Program-made: the position numbers and the translations under genes
In this document: positions 27,301 to 42,300 of the stretch, piece by piece
How the letters are laid out: each line of letters starts with the position of its first letter
Numbering within the stretch: the first letter of the stretch is position 1
Assembly (NCBI GenBank): GCA_002633005.1
Contig: NMRA01000143.1
Span: forward strand, 439,402 to 503,401
DNA length: 64,000 nucleotides
Direction: 5' to 3'
DNA from: Phoronis australis
Lineage: Eukaryota; Animalia; Phoronida
Notes under the pieces: generated by a model
The model's database searches: none
Told to the model about the DNA's origin: nothing
Seen by the model: the letters and a program-made list of their open reading frames with translations, nothing else

Positions 27301-30300
27301 TTTTTTTGATAGTCTGATCTGCAATTCTGCATCTGTTGGGGTCATGTTTTTTTAACATTCTTCAAACTTGAAATGGCGCAAGAGCAGGCAGTATACTATG
27401 ATGCTAGTGTTTCAATATGGACTTGGCTCATTTTTAATGACTATAAAATTGCCTAGTTAGTTTGTGTGCATATCAGTCATTGTGTGTATGTCTCAGATTT
27501 TGTTGTCTTCTTGTAACATGCTGGGGATATCATGTTTTACAACATGACTTTGTGTATAGCTCTGCCGAGAATCATGATATGTCTTTTAAAACTGAATTGT
27601 TGGCTAATTCTGTATTTACCTAGCTTTTGTGTGATTGGTGGACCTGTTATACAAGAGATTAAACATCAAATGGGTCATCAAATGACTCTGTTGTCTTTAA
27701 ATCCTCAGACATTTGTAACTTGTATGTATCTTGGTGTCCGTAGTCCTTCTTGAGAAATACACATGGAACAAACTATTATCAGCAATTAAAAAGTCAATGA
27801 AAATATATTAAACAATTTTCAGATCACCTGTTGCAGAGATTTATTATTGCGAAATATCTGTGTTATTGTTGAAGATTTTCCATGTCCCTGGAGGTTTGAG
27901 GTTTGCCCCACTCAGATCTATTTAAATGAGCATACAGCTCAGTTTGAATAGGGGTGAAGTTCTTTTCACAGGTTGCAGATTCCTCATTCTCCATGGTCCT
28001 TCACATAAACTATTGAGAAATTGTTCTCAGTTTATCTGGTAGGGTACGTAAAATATCCTCAAATTTGAACTGAAATAATGGCCAAAACTCATTGTTTCGT
28101 TTTTCAAATGCTCATTGTATTTCCAATAATATTCAAAAATTCATCTTGTGTTTGTCCATGACAGCTGTAGTGAAGTTTTCAAAATTTGTCTTATTTGCTC
28201 TTGTTGAAGATTTTTGTAAACAAAATTTGTCCGTTCTGCCATATCGTCCTCTAATTTGGAGACTTTTAGCCACGATGGATATGGTAATTCTACATCCTTA
28301 TTTCGCATAAAAAGAATTGCTAAAATTTGCATTTTCCCATTTTTCAAAGGCACATTTCTGCAAATAATGGGAAATTTACCAAAAATTGCATGTTGATGAC
28401 ATCTACCATACACAGTGCTAACCATGCTAATAATTGACTAAACGTTTCTTAATCTTTACTTTTGTGGAAAAATTGACGAAATACAATTTCACTTATCGGC
28501 CATATTGTGTGGTGTATTAATAAGTGAAGGGTTATGGAACTACTTTCTTTTTGCAGCAATTTTAGGTTGGGCCTGCCAGCAAAAAAGCCAAGTGTGGAGA
28601 ATTATCATCTTTGTGGCAATCTTCAACCTTGTGTTAAGTGTCAGTTTACAGCTATTGTCTTTGTCCAATTTCCTGTGATACAACATTAGGTGTTGTAATT
28701 CGCCTATCCAGTGGATGAGACTCAGGTGTTTTGCAACTCAGAATCCTTATATTTATGTATACCACTTATTCCTGTCTGCTTCCTCCTCTTATCAGGCTAC
28801 CTGAACAACACTGGTCACACACTTAGGATCAAGGAGCCTCCTGATTAAGACGACTCTAGGCCCAAGATCATTAGCCTTCCTCAAGTGTTGCTAGTAAACA
28901 ACACAATAACTACTTAGGGTTGGAAGATATTGTCAGATTCTCCATGAATGTAAAAAAATTATCCAACAGCAGTTTTTACATAGCAAGAACTGTACGATGA
29001 CGCTTAGCTCACCTAATAAAACCAACCGTTGCCTAGTAGCTTTTTTTAATTGACCCAGTTATGTTGCAGACCCAGCAGAATTAATGAAGAACATATTATT
29101 GCAACATTAGACATGTTTTAGGTCATAGAAGTTCCATATCTTGTCCAGTTTTCAAAATTCAAAAACCTAATCACGTGTACTTTTCACGAACTATTCAAAT
29201 ATGCTATTTACAAACTTAAAAAAAAAATAATGAAAATACCATTGCTGCCCCCCTATGTGTTTATGATAGCTCTGATTACCTAGAGAGTGACAACATCAGC
29301 AGCCTAAGGCCACGTAATTACAATAACTACAACAGCATGGTATCTTTGATCACCGGCAGATCCTGAGGTACGCAAGCCAGTCGAGTTACCCAGACTCGAC
29401 CAGTTAGGGTGTCCACGAAGGATTCTTTTCATGAAATGAAAGAAATCCATCCACTATTATAGTAGAATACTTTTTCTTATACTCAAGTTGTGGTAGTCCA
29501 CTTAGTGCATTGAAATGTGCTGTCTTGTTCATGGTGCAATTACTGGTGATAATTAAAGAGAGACAGTTTAACTCCACGTTTCAGGTTTCGCTCTCATGAT
29601 CATCCATTGTTATGTGTAAGTGAAGGGAGTTCACAGGTCCGTGAGCTGTGTTGTTCAGGTTGCCTGAAAATGCTTGATGACAAAGTCATTCATTGCGAAA
29701 TCGGGGTCACAGGCAGTGTTAAATATTTATTCATTTTCTTTGGGTTTCCAGTTAAACATGTTCAATGGTGACAGCGATTTGTAGGGCATTGAAAGATTGT
29801 CTTGGGTATGTTTCTTTTTTCTCTTGCTGCTTGAATAGATATGTTTAATTTGTGATAAGAGATTTTAAACATTCCCATTCAACTTGTGTGCCGCACCCAT
29901 GCTGGTAATTAAATTACTGAATGCTGTTCATGAACCAAGAATTTCTCCACGTTTCGTGCTCATTCTTGTTTGGAAAGATGTTCAAAAGGGCAGACGACTC
30001 CTTCATCTGAACCCTCGCAAGGCTCAAGCCTCATGTAAAGGGGTTCGTGGGGACTTGAGATATATTAGCAGGACGTAGTCTCGTGTTGACCATCAACTGC
30101 CCAGTGGTTTTCAAGGCTAACAGTTTTCAGTTACAGTAAACTGACAAGATTTTAATAAGCCTGTCCATTTTTTGTCGAGAGCATGCTTTTGGTGCCACAT
30201 AAATTATATTCAAAATGTAAACAGTTTTCAAAGCCAATGTTAAAGTCCACTGTAGATCCTGCATGTGATGAACAGAGTTTGTGGTGGCTTTACGGACTCT

Positions 30301-33300
30301 CTGCAACTCTACTGTACTAATCCATCCTTAAAAATATTTATAGGAATCTATTTTGCCTGGGCGCGGTATGTGGCGAGCTATATGGATTGTATAACTGTCA
30401 TGTATTTTGCCATAAGTTCAAAAGGTAATCAAAACAAGACTCCGCGAGGAAAGCACGTTTGAGACTGTGCACGGGAGTGGTGAATTTAAATAAAGATGAG
30501 TAATGTAAAATGAACCCTAAGGGTGGATGTTAAAACAGAAATGACACAAAACCCAATCATAGTAATACAACCATTTAACAAACGAAATGAATGCAGCACT
30601 GTGAAGAGCGGCACCTGGTGAATGAAATTAAAAATTTAAAGGTGAGATTGACAACGAAACGAGGAACATAAACAATCATGACCCGGACGCTTATTGCACT
30701 AACGTACTTGATAGCCCGTAAGGAGGTCTATTTAGATACCAAATTTGAAAAAGTTCAGACAAAGGATCGCTTATGATTCGAAAAATGTCTGTCACAGCAC
30801 AACAAAATGACCACCATGTCCGCCATCTTGGATTTCGTAAGAATCGGACGAAAAATGCCACCCGTAGAGTGCGAAAAAAATGGATGTCAGAGCAACATAC
30901 TTATTTATTTATTTCACCAAGTAAAAAACAAACCAACAAAGTTTAAGACAAAGCAAAATAATCAGAAAAATTTCGTTTCACTTGGTAATAAAAAATATCA
31001 TTGGTTGATCTAGCCAGAAGGGTGTGCATGAAAGTCCACCAGTGGCAGATCTTCTAAAGTGCGCAGCCAAGTCCAGGGGGTGATAGGCTGTAAAGCGCAC
31101 CAAATCAAAGACGATAATATTTTTACACCCCTCTTGAAATTTTAGATCCAGCCGAGATGTGTTGATCTTCACCAAAGTGATACTTGACCATTGGCTCTTG
31201 CCTGATTGTCTTACAGCATCTGTCTTGAGCGCTTGCCATAAAACGAATTAAGAAGAGAAGGTCGAGTCTAAAAATCGATGATCTGTCTCATGTTTTGCAG
31301 TTGTAGCAAAATGACACACCTGACACCGCCATATGTGTTATTTCAGTGTTTAAATTGACTTAACATCTTTTGTGTTCTTTTCATTCCGTATGTGGGCAAA
31401 TTTGTTTTGCTGTTGTATTCAATCTTGCACATGTAGCTTTGAAGCAACCTGTCTCAGCATTTCCTCTCATCCGTTTCAGTTCTTCATATAAAAGTGTTTC
31501 ATTATAAACTGGGACTGATATAGCTCAAACGAACGAGGCACGTACACGCCTGGAAAAATTGGTAACCGAACAAAACGATCGGTCATCATCTCTGAGAGAT
31601 TTGCAGCAGTGTGTGCCATAGTTGCTTCTTAAAACTGTAGTCACACGGACCCATTTTCTATTATTTTTGGATCCATTTCAATTTCTTGGACCCAAGAAGA
31701 CCCAAGAAATTGAAATGGATCATTATAGAGAAACAGGGCTGTGGGTCATTAGACTCTGACCGGTCCTCAAATCTTTGTTAATTTGGAGGAAGTATGGGTC
31801 ACGTTAGTCTTCTCTGTCCTTTTTCGATGTTGTTTTTAGAGACTGTCATTTTAACCTCCATATGCTGCAGTTAGTGATTGGTTGTTGCTTTTTTGTTTAG
31901 TAAACACATTCTTAAGTCCACCCTTGGGAATATTAATTTTCACAACATGCCAGAAAACTGCTTGTTTTTAATTGTTGATTTTGTCCCTGACATTAGTTTT
32001 GATTGACCGCTCTCCATTGTTGTTGTTTTAGAATTTGAGTGTAATATCTATTATTAGACACGAAGTTAAGTGTGATTGCAAAACAATTGTAATGGCCAAT
32101 GACTCAGAGCAGGCTCGTAAAATTATCATAATTACGATTACAGAACCAACGCCCAAATTTTGAGGCAAGAAGTGGTACTTTTAGTAATTTGAAATAATAG
32201 GAATATAACCAAGTAACAAAATCTTATGATTTTCACTTCTGTAGGTTCATTTCTTACATCAATTCAAAATTGCTATCGCGGTGACAAAGCCATCAACTCA
32301 ATACACAACTTGTTCTGCTTTATTGTGTTAAATGACAAAACAAGTGCCGAAAAAGCTTGTTAATATTAAGATTTTGCCTAAATGATGAGTCTTTAGCCAT
32401 CTTTTAACCAAATACAAAAAACTGTCAAGCCATGACAGAAAAACCCTCTTTTGTGTCATAACTTTGGTGCGTGCGTGCGTGCTGTGTTGCATTCATAGTC
32501 TTCAAAATAAAGCAGAGACTTCGATAGAACTGGGTCAGACTCTATCATATCAATAAAATGACATTGTTGTGGAACAATAGTCAAAATTTAATGTGACGTC
32601 ATTTGGGCCAGCTAGAAGAAAAGTGTTTATTTTTAAATGAATTTGCGAGGCAAGATGCCATGATTTCGATCAATTGCCGAAAAATTGTGTGTGAGGCAAT
32701 GCCTGTTGAGAACTTGCTGAGATTTTGTATAAATTGAAACATTTACCGAAACTGCAACAGAATCACAAAAAAACTCAATTGCTTTAAAAAATGTTGCGAA
32801 TGACATTTTAAACAAAAACCAGTTAAAGTAATGATTTGCTCATTTAGTAATTGTTATATGTCATGCTTTCAAAAGTATGTGATTCTTCAATAGATCGTAC
32901 AACTACAATTCTCGTTAATAGAGATTACGAAACAGTTAATCTATATTGTTTGCATGCTTGTTAGTATGCTGCTGTCAGAGAGGAGTAGCTGTCAGAGAGG
33001 AGCACTTGTTAGAATATGATTATCTGTTGCAAGGCTAGTCACTAACTTTGGCTGTATCACCAGCCCTGTCCGTATTAGTGGCTTACTTGGGTTCCACATT
33101 TGAGAACCAGATTTCTCCACTGAATTACATGCATCATTCGAGAGCCCCTGTACATGACTATTGCCACTCTTGGTATGTCTTCTACTTGACTGACAAACAA
33201 TTGGATTCATGATGGAAGGCTAGTGATTTTTACATTTAACTTGTACTGTTGGAGAATTTAATGTGCATTTTTACCATGTATTTTCACTGAAAAGAGTGAA

Positions 33301-36300
33301 TGACCTTGTGCAAAAACTAAATGAAAATTCTGCAAAGAAGCAGAAGTTTTTCTTGTGCTTTTTGTGCGATTTGGCAAGGTTAAGCAATATTGGAAATTCA
33401 GTTTGTATTTGTCTTCTCAAGTGCTGTCATTCTTTTTGAATAATTTTTAGTTCTGCATATTGGACAGCATCAAGTTTTGCATATTCATGAGGACACTGTA
33501 GGTTCTTGGTGTCTGCAGTGTTGGGTCAGAAAACAGTGCTTGTCTGTTAGTGTGCGCTCATAGAGGTCATTGATTTCTGTGTGCTGTTTTTGGTCAATAT
33601 TTGCTCAGTCTCCAGATCCCAGTGACTGAGCAGCTGACCTTGAGTGGCCATGACTGTCTGTGTCCGTAATATTGCACCATGACATAGCTTGCTGACTGCT
33701 AATATTTTTGAGGTAATTATTAAGTAGCAGTTAGGATAGTGCTCCTGCATGTTGACCTGAGCCAGTACATGTAAGTCCAGAGGTTGAGCTCTATGTTCAC
33801 CGAGGAACTATGAGAATTGAACTCCTGGCAATTGTGCTTTGTCACTGCTCCAACAGGGGGTGATTGTTGTGTGACGAACTTGTCCATATATATCAATTTG
33901 ATAAGGTCATATAATTTTTTAACATAGGATTGCCATGCAAGAGCATTTGAATGAGGGCTTGAGTGTGAAAATTTTACAGTGTAGTTGGATATGATGAAGT
34001 TGTCATTTCTGACATATCATATCTCAATCTCTGGATTGAAACTTGTGGCACCCTCTTTATTTGGTACCTTGTGCATACCAAGTGTTGGGGAGGATTTTGT
34101 AACGATTAAGGGGAGGCTACCAATCCTCCGCTTCATAAGTATGGTATGATTCAATAACTATGAAGGAGCGATTATAAATAACTAAGTAGATTCAATTGAG
34201 ATGGGATAGCCATGTTTCCTTGGCCACTACTGTTTTCTCAGACCTCAGAAAATCTAGTTAACTATCTTGTTCTAAGGTTGTTACTGTTTTTCTCAAGCTC
34301 GACACAATCAACCATCTTCATGAGAAAATGCATTAATCATGTACATTTTACTCATGTTGTTTTCAGAATTGGTTTGGATGTCAAAGTGACCTGCTCACTG
34401 AAATATTTTGAGGAGGGAGGGTGAAGGGCCCCTCCTAATGGAGGGAAGGGGGTCTAATGATGTCTCCAAGTTCTGTTGTCCAAGACTCTGTCTCTCAAAA
34501 ATGTGATATGTCTCCTTATAATTTATGGCAATGCATGCATGGTCTCAGTGCTGAGGTTGTTGATTAATCATCAAAGGATTGAGTGCGTCTATGATGTGTG
34601 TCACAGAATAATTTATACAAGACAATTGTATGTGTGCCTTCTCGCTGGTCATCCATGTGATGTCCACTTTCAAAGTTTTCCGTCTTCTCTATCACTATCT
34701 GAGATAGAAATCCATAATTAGATAATTTGAATTTGACAGCTTGATTATTTCCTGACAATAGAACATCTTTTACGCGCGTTTCGAGATCATCACATTGTCA
34801 CTGATGATATCATGGTTGCCTAGGCAACAAAGTCCATTAGTAATTCGTGGAAAATCAAATACAATCTTGTTTTTTCCTTGTGGCGGAGTGAACAATCAGG
34901 TTAGTCCTTTTACTTCGGTATCCAAAACTTGCTCAGTTCCGATTCATTTGAGGCTCATTGGTTAATCGGTTTGAGTGACATGATGTCATCACCTTATTTA
35001 TGTGAATTTTGGTATCTAAAGCACAGAATCTCGATTACTTGCTTTTCTTTAACCACCATGCTAGTGGTACGCATATCTTTGTGAGTGTGGTCACATCATA
35101 TCAATGTTAAGTGTCTGGCTGCAGCTGGTACTGTATTATTGTATACACTGACGTCAGCAGTGGCTCTCAAGTATATATGTCATTTTTGTCACATTCCTGG
35201 CTACTCATCAGTGAAAAAATATCACTTCCAGCTATGCAACTCTCCTCAAAGTTGTTGGATTACAACTGTTGAGTTGTGCAACTCACCTGCAATGTAACAG
35301 GTTAAGTCCAGGGCAATGGGATTAAGTGCTTGAGGTGGAGACATGCAACACACACATTCAATGATAATTGCCGATCAACTTCTCTCCCGTTGTACCTAGA
35401 AGGCGGTAAAACGGATGTTGTACCAGAGAGGAGTTTGTGGAAAACCAATAGAGTGGATAGGTCTGAGTTTTCATAATGGAAAGTGAAATTTGAAATCAAG
35501 TGCAATGTCATCATGTGACCTACATTAATTTAGCTGGAACGGTTCTTTATCTCTGTATTGTACAGCTTGCCTCAGCGCCATAATTTTTTTAAAGCTGCAT
35601 TTCGCTGCTGTTAAGCTGTCAATGTTGAATACTTAACAGAAGCACTTAGGATGTAAAAACATTACTGTGGCCATCCAATAGGTATTGCCATATAAGGTGA
35701 CAACTTAAGTCACAGGCAATGTGTTGGTGTGTCATTTTTTATTCAGAATTTTTATGTTTGGCTTGACACCATTAAACTTTGAAAGATTTGCTTTAGTTGA
35801 TGATGATTTCCTTGTCTTTGTTTGCTATGGAAATTGAATACTATCGCTGTAACGAACATCATTAAACTGGTTGAGCCCATTTAATGTTTGTTTTTAGCCA
35901 GATAAACCAGGCAAAATGCAGCTTCGAAGAATCCAAAGTTAAGGCTGTGCAGGACCTTATCGAGAAGTTTATATTTAGCCAAATATCTACAAAACTGAAT
36001 TGTTCTGCTTGAAAATATTTTTTCTTGTAAAACTTAGCAAAATGAAAGGTACATTGATAACAACGTAATGTTTAGCGGAGGCAGTGCGGCCTTGTGAGAC
36101 CAGCTCCTTTACTCAAGTTCGTGGGTTCTAGTCCCACTGGGGCACACTAGCTCCTCAGCTCGGTTTTAATTACCGGTATATATTAATGAAGTATAAAATG
36201 GTACCAGGTGATCAGTGCAAAAGACACTTGGTCAAATGCAAATAACTTAAATCGTTCTCAAATGATTGCTTGTCAAGATAGTGTCAATTTTTTTAATTAG

Positions 36301-39300
36301 TCAAAACTTGATACAGCTTTTTTCAAGTTGAATTTTTGAATTTTTTGAGTTGTACCACAAAGTATCCAGTTCAATTAAATGTCATTTGCTGAAAAAGTAA
36401 GACTTGTAAGTAAAAACATATGTTTACCCTGGGATGTAAGAACGAAACTTCCGTGGTCTATCTAAATTGGGTTAGAAATCTATTAGCCCTTTAAAAAAAG
36501 ATTACAGGTGGTCTGATGTCTTTTGCGGTACACCACATCTGCACAGGCCTCGTGATTGAACCTAGTACAAGAGAAGTGTCGGCGAAGCTTCGATAAACCA
36601 AAGTTCCCCTAATGGAATAGCGACTTTAGACACCTATTCAATACGTCAACTACTTTGACCTTTTATTCTTTGTTTTATAATCTTGTTGTGACATACAGTG
36701 GAGTGAAAAGCTACCTATCAGTTTACTAGTGTAATGTTTGATTGATCAAATCGGTATTTTCTTACGTTGCTCGTGTACCGCAGGGTACTCTGGGTAAGCC
36801 CAATACATTTAAAAAATGATAAAAATCTGCTCAAGTAAGGATTTAAATCTCTCCTGTCTCAATAACTCAATAATCTGATTGAATAGTATAAGCGGATTAA
36901 ATACAAATTCTAAATTTGGTCTGTCTAAGCAAACATAGTGAATAATGTTTTACACTGAGGTTGTCCGATTGTCCAAGTAATCAACATGGTGTAGAACAAA
37001 ATGCTCACTGGTTGACCCCATCTCACAAGAGGTACTCCGAAGTCAGTCGTTGCAAAGTTTTTATTTGCCCTCATGATTATGTGAGGGTGCATATTGGTCT
37101 CATCTCTGAATGGGCGTCTGGTGTCCACTGCTGAATTTTCTAAAACCCTCTCAGGATCTTGATGAGATGTGGTAAATTTGTTCCTATGAAGCTGACTACG
37201 GATGACGGTGAATTTCGAACGGATATGACAATTGGTGTGCCCCCTAGTGGCAGTTATAGTTTTTTATGTTTACCTCTGTATCATCAAAGATCCTCACTGG
37301 ATTTTGTATCTATGGCTGTATCATTCAAACCCTTTGTAGGATCTTTATTAAATTTGTCAAGTGTATTCATATGAAATTTACAATAGAACAACCACGCTGT
37401 GTCCCCCCTAGTGGGATTTTTTTTCGTTGTCTTCTGTATTTTTGAAACTCGTTGGCACATTTTTATGCGCCCACATATTTATATGTGGATGCATTATGCC
37501 GTCATCTCCGTCCGTCCGTCCGGGCGGTGTCCGGCGTCCGCTGCTCTGTCTCCAAAACCCTTTGACATACGTTCATGAAATTTGGCACATATGTTCCATT
37601 CATGAATGGGACGGCATGTGCGAACTTTCGAATGGATCCGACTACCGGTGTGCCCCCTAGTGGCAATTTTAGTTTTTTACGCTTACCTTTGTATCTTCAA
37701 AAGTCCTGAACGGATTTTCATGAAATTTGGTATGTAGGCACNAACTCAAGTCACAGGCAATGTGACCATCCAATAGGTATTGCCGTATAAGGTGACAACT
37801 CAAGTCACAGGCAATGTGTTGGTGTATCATTTTTGATTCAGAATTTTTATGTTTGGCTTGACACCATTAAACTTTGAAAGGTTTGCTTTAGTTGATGATG
37901 ATTTCCTTGTCTTTGTTTGCTATGGAAATTGAATACTATCGCTGTAACGAACATCATTAAACTGGTTGAGCCCATTTAATGTTTGTTTTTAGCCAGATAA
38001 ACCTGGCAAAATGCACCTTCGAAGAATCCAAAGTTAAGGCTGTGCAGGACCTTATCGAGAAGTTTATGTTTAGCCAAATATCTACAAAACTGAATTGTTC
38101 TGCTTGAAAATATTTTTTCTTGTAAAACTTAACAAAATGAAAGGTACATTGATAACAAAGTAATGATGTAGCAGAGGCAGTGTGACCTTGTGGGACCAGC
38201 TCCTTTACTCAAGGTCATGGGTTCCAGTCCCACTGGGGCACACTAGCTCCTCAGCTCGGTTTTGATTACCGGTATATATTAACGAAGTATAAAATGGTAC
38301 CAGGTGATCAGTGCAAAAGACACTTGGTAAAATGCAAATAACTTAAATCGTTCTCAAATGATTGCTTGTCAAGATTATACCAACTTTTTTAATTCATCAA
38401 AACTTGATACAGCTTTTTTAAGTTGAATTTTTGAATTTTTTGAGTCGTACCACAAAGTATCCAGTTCAATTAAATGTCATTTGCTGAAAAAGTAAGACTT
38501 GTAAGTAAAAACATATGTATACCGTGGGATGTAAGAACTTTGATATATGAAACTCCTGTGGTCTATCTAAATTAGGTTAGAAATCTATTAGCCCTTTAAA
38601 AAAAGATTTCTGGTGGTCTGATGTCTTTTGCGGTACACCACATCTGCACAGGCCTCGTCATTGAACCTAGTGCAAGCGAAGTTTCGGCGAATCTTCGATA
38701 AACCGAAGTTCCCCTAATGGGATAGCAACTTTAGACACCTATTCAATATGTCAACGGTACTTTGACCTTTCATTCGTTGTTTTATAATCTTGTTGTGACA
38801 CACAGTAGGGTGAAAAGCTACCTTTCAGTTTACTAGTGTAATGTTTGATTGATCAAATCGGTATTTTCTTACGTTGCTCAAGTACTGCAGGGTACTCTGG
38901 GTAAGCCCAATGCGTTTAAAAAATGATAAAAATCTGCTCAAGTAAGGATTTAAATCTCTCCTGTCTCAATAATCTGATTGCATATTATAAGCGGATTAAA
39001 TACAAATTCTAAATTTGGTCTGTCTAAGCAAACACAGTGAATAATGTTTTTCACTGAGGTTGTCCGGTTGTCCAAGTAATCAACAGGGTGTAGAACAAAA
39101 TGCTCACTGGTTGACCCCATCTCACAAGAGGTACTCCAAAGTCAGTGGTTGCAAAGTTTTTATTTGCCCTCATGATTATGTGAGGGTGCATATTGCTCTC
39201 ATCTCTGAATGGGCGTCTGGTGTCCACTGCTGTATCTTCTAAAACCCTCTCAGGATCTTGATGAGATGTGGTAGATTTGTTCCTATGAAGCTGACTACGG

Positions 39301-42300
39301 ATGACGGCGAATTTCGAACGGATGTGACAATTGGTGTGCCCCCTAGTGGCAGTTATATTTTTTATGTTTACCTCTGTATCTTCAAAGATCCTCAGTGGAT
39401 TTTGTATCTATGGCTGTATCATTCAAACCCTTTGCAGGATCTTTATTAAATTTGTCAAGTGTATTCATATGAAGTTTACAATAGCACAACCACGCTGTGT
39501 CCCCCCTAGTGGGATTTTTTTCGTTGTCTTCTGTATCTTTGAAACTCGTTGGCACATTTTTATGGAATTTAATGAATAGGTTTCCATGAAGGAGACGACA
39601 ACGCCTTCTCATTTTCAAGCAGATTTGACATTTTCTGCGCCACTCTGTAGCCATTTTAACAATTTTTGAGTACATGTTTGACATCACCCTCACCATCCAC
39701 CAAATTGCTCGAAGGATCACTACTCCGGCCCACCTAGTGGCAACTTTATTTTTTGCGTCCACGGCTGCATCTCCATACCTTCTCATTTTTGGATGGGATC
39801 AATGCATTCTGAACCATCTAATTGCCATTTTTATGATACGAATAAACACCCCTAGAAGCACACAAGTTGCAGTGCATTAGTCATTGCTCTTGTTTGGAGA
39901 ATTGAAAAGGATCTGTCAGCTGCCGTTAACAATTTACTTGGATAACTTTTTCAATCAATCAATCAATCAATCATTATTTATTGTACATCGTAGGCATTGT
40001 CTACACATATATTCAGAATATTTACACAGAGAGCAGTTGTTCTCTTAAGCCAGAACCTTCTGAATGTACAATGCAAGGCACTGGATACTATCATGATTTT
40101 TCTGTAGGACTAACCTAACAAGAGAAGAGTTGTATAGATAATCCCAGGCGTGTTAGTGGAAATGGCAGTGTTAATATTTATGTCAGTTGCACTTATTTAT
40201 ACAATGGCCGATTGATAAACATTTTATTCATGTCTGTCTGGTTAAATACATCCAAAGGATTGTCTATTTAATTATAATTCTGTTCAGTTAATTATTTAAC
40301 TGTTATGGGAATAAACCTACGCTGAGATACCTGCATGAATAGGTACCTGACTTAGTGGATATCCTGTTTTTCGAATAACATGCCCATTCAAAAATAGTGA
40401 AGTGGTCTTATGGGATAATTTAATTCGAAATTAAGTTTTGTTTACCGTGTTTACGATGAAAGTGAATCCTTGATATTGAATATCTTGTGACAGGAGTTAT
40501 TGTTTTGTGGACTATAATCTGTCTGATCATTGTTAAAAAACTTGTACATATTAATATTTCACACTACATTTGTGCGGTCACAGGTGTTGGGTTTAACTTT
40601 CATACGTCTCTCCTCAACTCCTGTTAGCCCTTTTCTGTGCAGGAAATTTTTCAGACCGATGAAGTCAAGGATGTGGTTAACAATTGGTTGGAGTTACGCG
40701 TATAGTGACCTGTGTCAGCGGGGCTTTGGTTGTATTATTTGGACGGTAAAATATGGGTAGTCACCATTTTGTGTTACACTCGTAGTAAACTAGCTTTCTC
40801 GTGAATGAAGCGTGTTTACGCAAATTGGCCGTTCATTTATCCTACATATATCTCCAACTTCTCAAAAATTCTGGTTTTCAACTAATGCCCATGCTTGGCT
40901 GAATTAACCACGTCTAATTTTCAAGTTTTTCTGTTTAAGTGCTCGCCAGAATATGTTCAGTTATAAATTGATGATTTGGACTGAAGGCCACTGCAACGTG
41001 TGTTCGCGAGTGTCTGTGCCTCTGCGCTTGTCTTGGTTAATTTTCGCATTTGAATTGGGGATCATTGACAAACCCGGCATGTCCACATTTCGGATAATGT
41101 GGCTGATAATCAATAACTCAGTACTGCTTGCGAAGCAGCATGGGGGATGTTGCACATCAAATTTACATTATACAGACACAGTATAAATGTGATGGCAATT
41201 AAATTTCCAAAACCATAGAGGAAACGTGAGATGGAAAGCCGTTGGTTAGTGGATGTAGTTGAGAGAACTTAGGTGAGGTTAATATGGAAGGTGCCCTAGA
41301 AATGTCCAAAGGACAGAGTTTAGACAGAGAGCACTGGTAATCTTGAGGACAATGAGTCGCAAGGCTGGATCTCGTAATCTGTTGATGGTGGCATTCAAAA
41401 TGTAAGACCCTAAGTGTGACTTGTTTGTTGTATGGGAAGGGGCTTCATTGAAGCATTCACTTTTAGTTCCTGTAATTCTTAAGCATGTCCAGTGACAATA
41501 CCTATGAACAAGGAGATGTATTTACAGTGCTACTGATCACCAGTTATGCAGGCTCTTGTTTGATCTGGCTTCAGCTCCGTGCCAATTCTCAATTAAGTCA
41601 AAATGCAATCTACCATGGAAATGAAATTTGCTACCTGTTATTTCTTAATTGTCCTTTATGTTCCCATGGTTACAATAAGAGCTACAAATCCACATGGTTT
41701 TATGAACTATATGGTCCACTGCTTACTAAGTATTGTATTCAAGGCTGTATGAAGTAGATTATTATCTGTAGGTTAAATGGAAATTGGAGAACAAATTTGC
41801 TGTTCGCCTGCTTCAGTGTTATGATAAATGAAGCAGTGCATGGGGACTTGTTTACAGGGAAGTCAGCAGGTGGTGACGTCACATTTGCTAAGACACTTCT
41901 TTTCTTGAAACCGATTTGGTTTTGACTTGAGTATTTCCTGGTTTGTTGTCTTATGCCTGCTTTGTGGCATGTAAACACTCCAAGTGACCTCAGGTCATGG
42001 TACGCTTAAAAAAATTTAGTTTGGGATATAATATGGCCAACAATTGAAATTCCATTTCCCTAAATTTCTCAAGAAAAATATATCTTCATGAAATTTTACT
42101 CGGCTTTCATTGTTGTTAGAATGGTATTGTAGTCGCCAAGGAACATTTGATAAAACCTTAGCATTTGTGGCAATGTTCGATAACTAAGCCTTTGAAAGGT
42201 AGAAGAATGGACAATTTTGGCAATTACTTTTTGTCCAAAATTTGCACATTTTCACTGTAAGTAGATTGCTGTCTACACATAGACGTACCCTAGAACATTA

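Noticed and set aside
30516-31928. Possible TIR pair CCYAAGGGTGGA bounding a 1.4-kb element
   Set aside because: Only 12 bp with a mismatch and no TSD; not enough to call.
36077-36150. tRNA-like B-box (GGTTCTAGTCCC); similar at ~38220 and ~47818
   Set aside because: No cloverleaf can be built; at most decayed tRNA-derived SINE heads.
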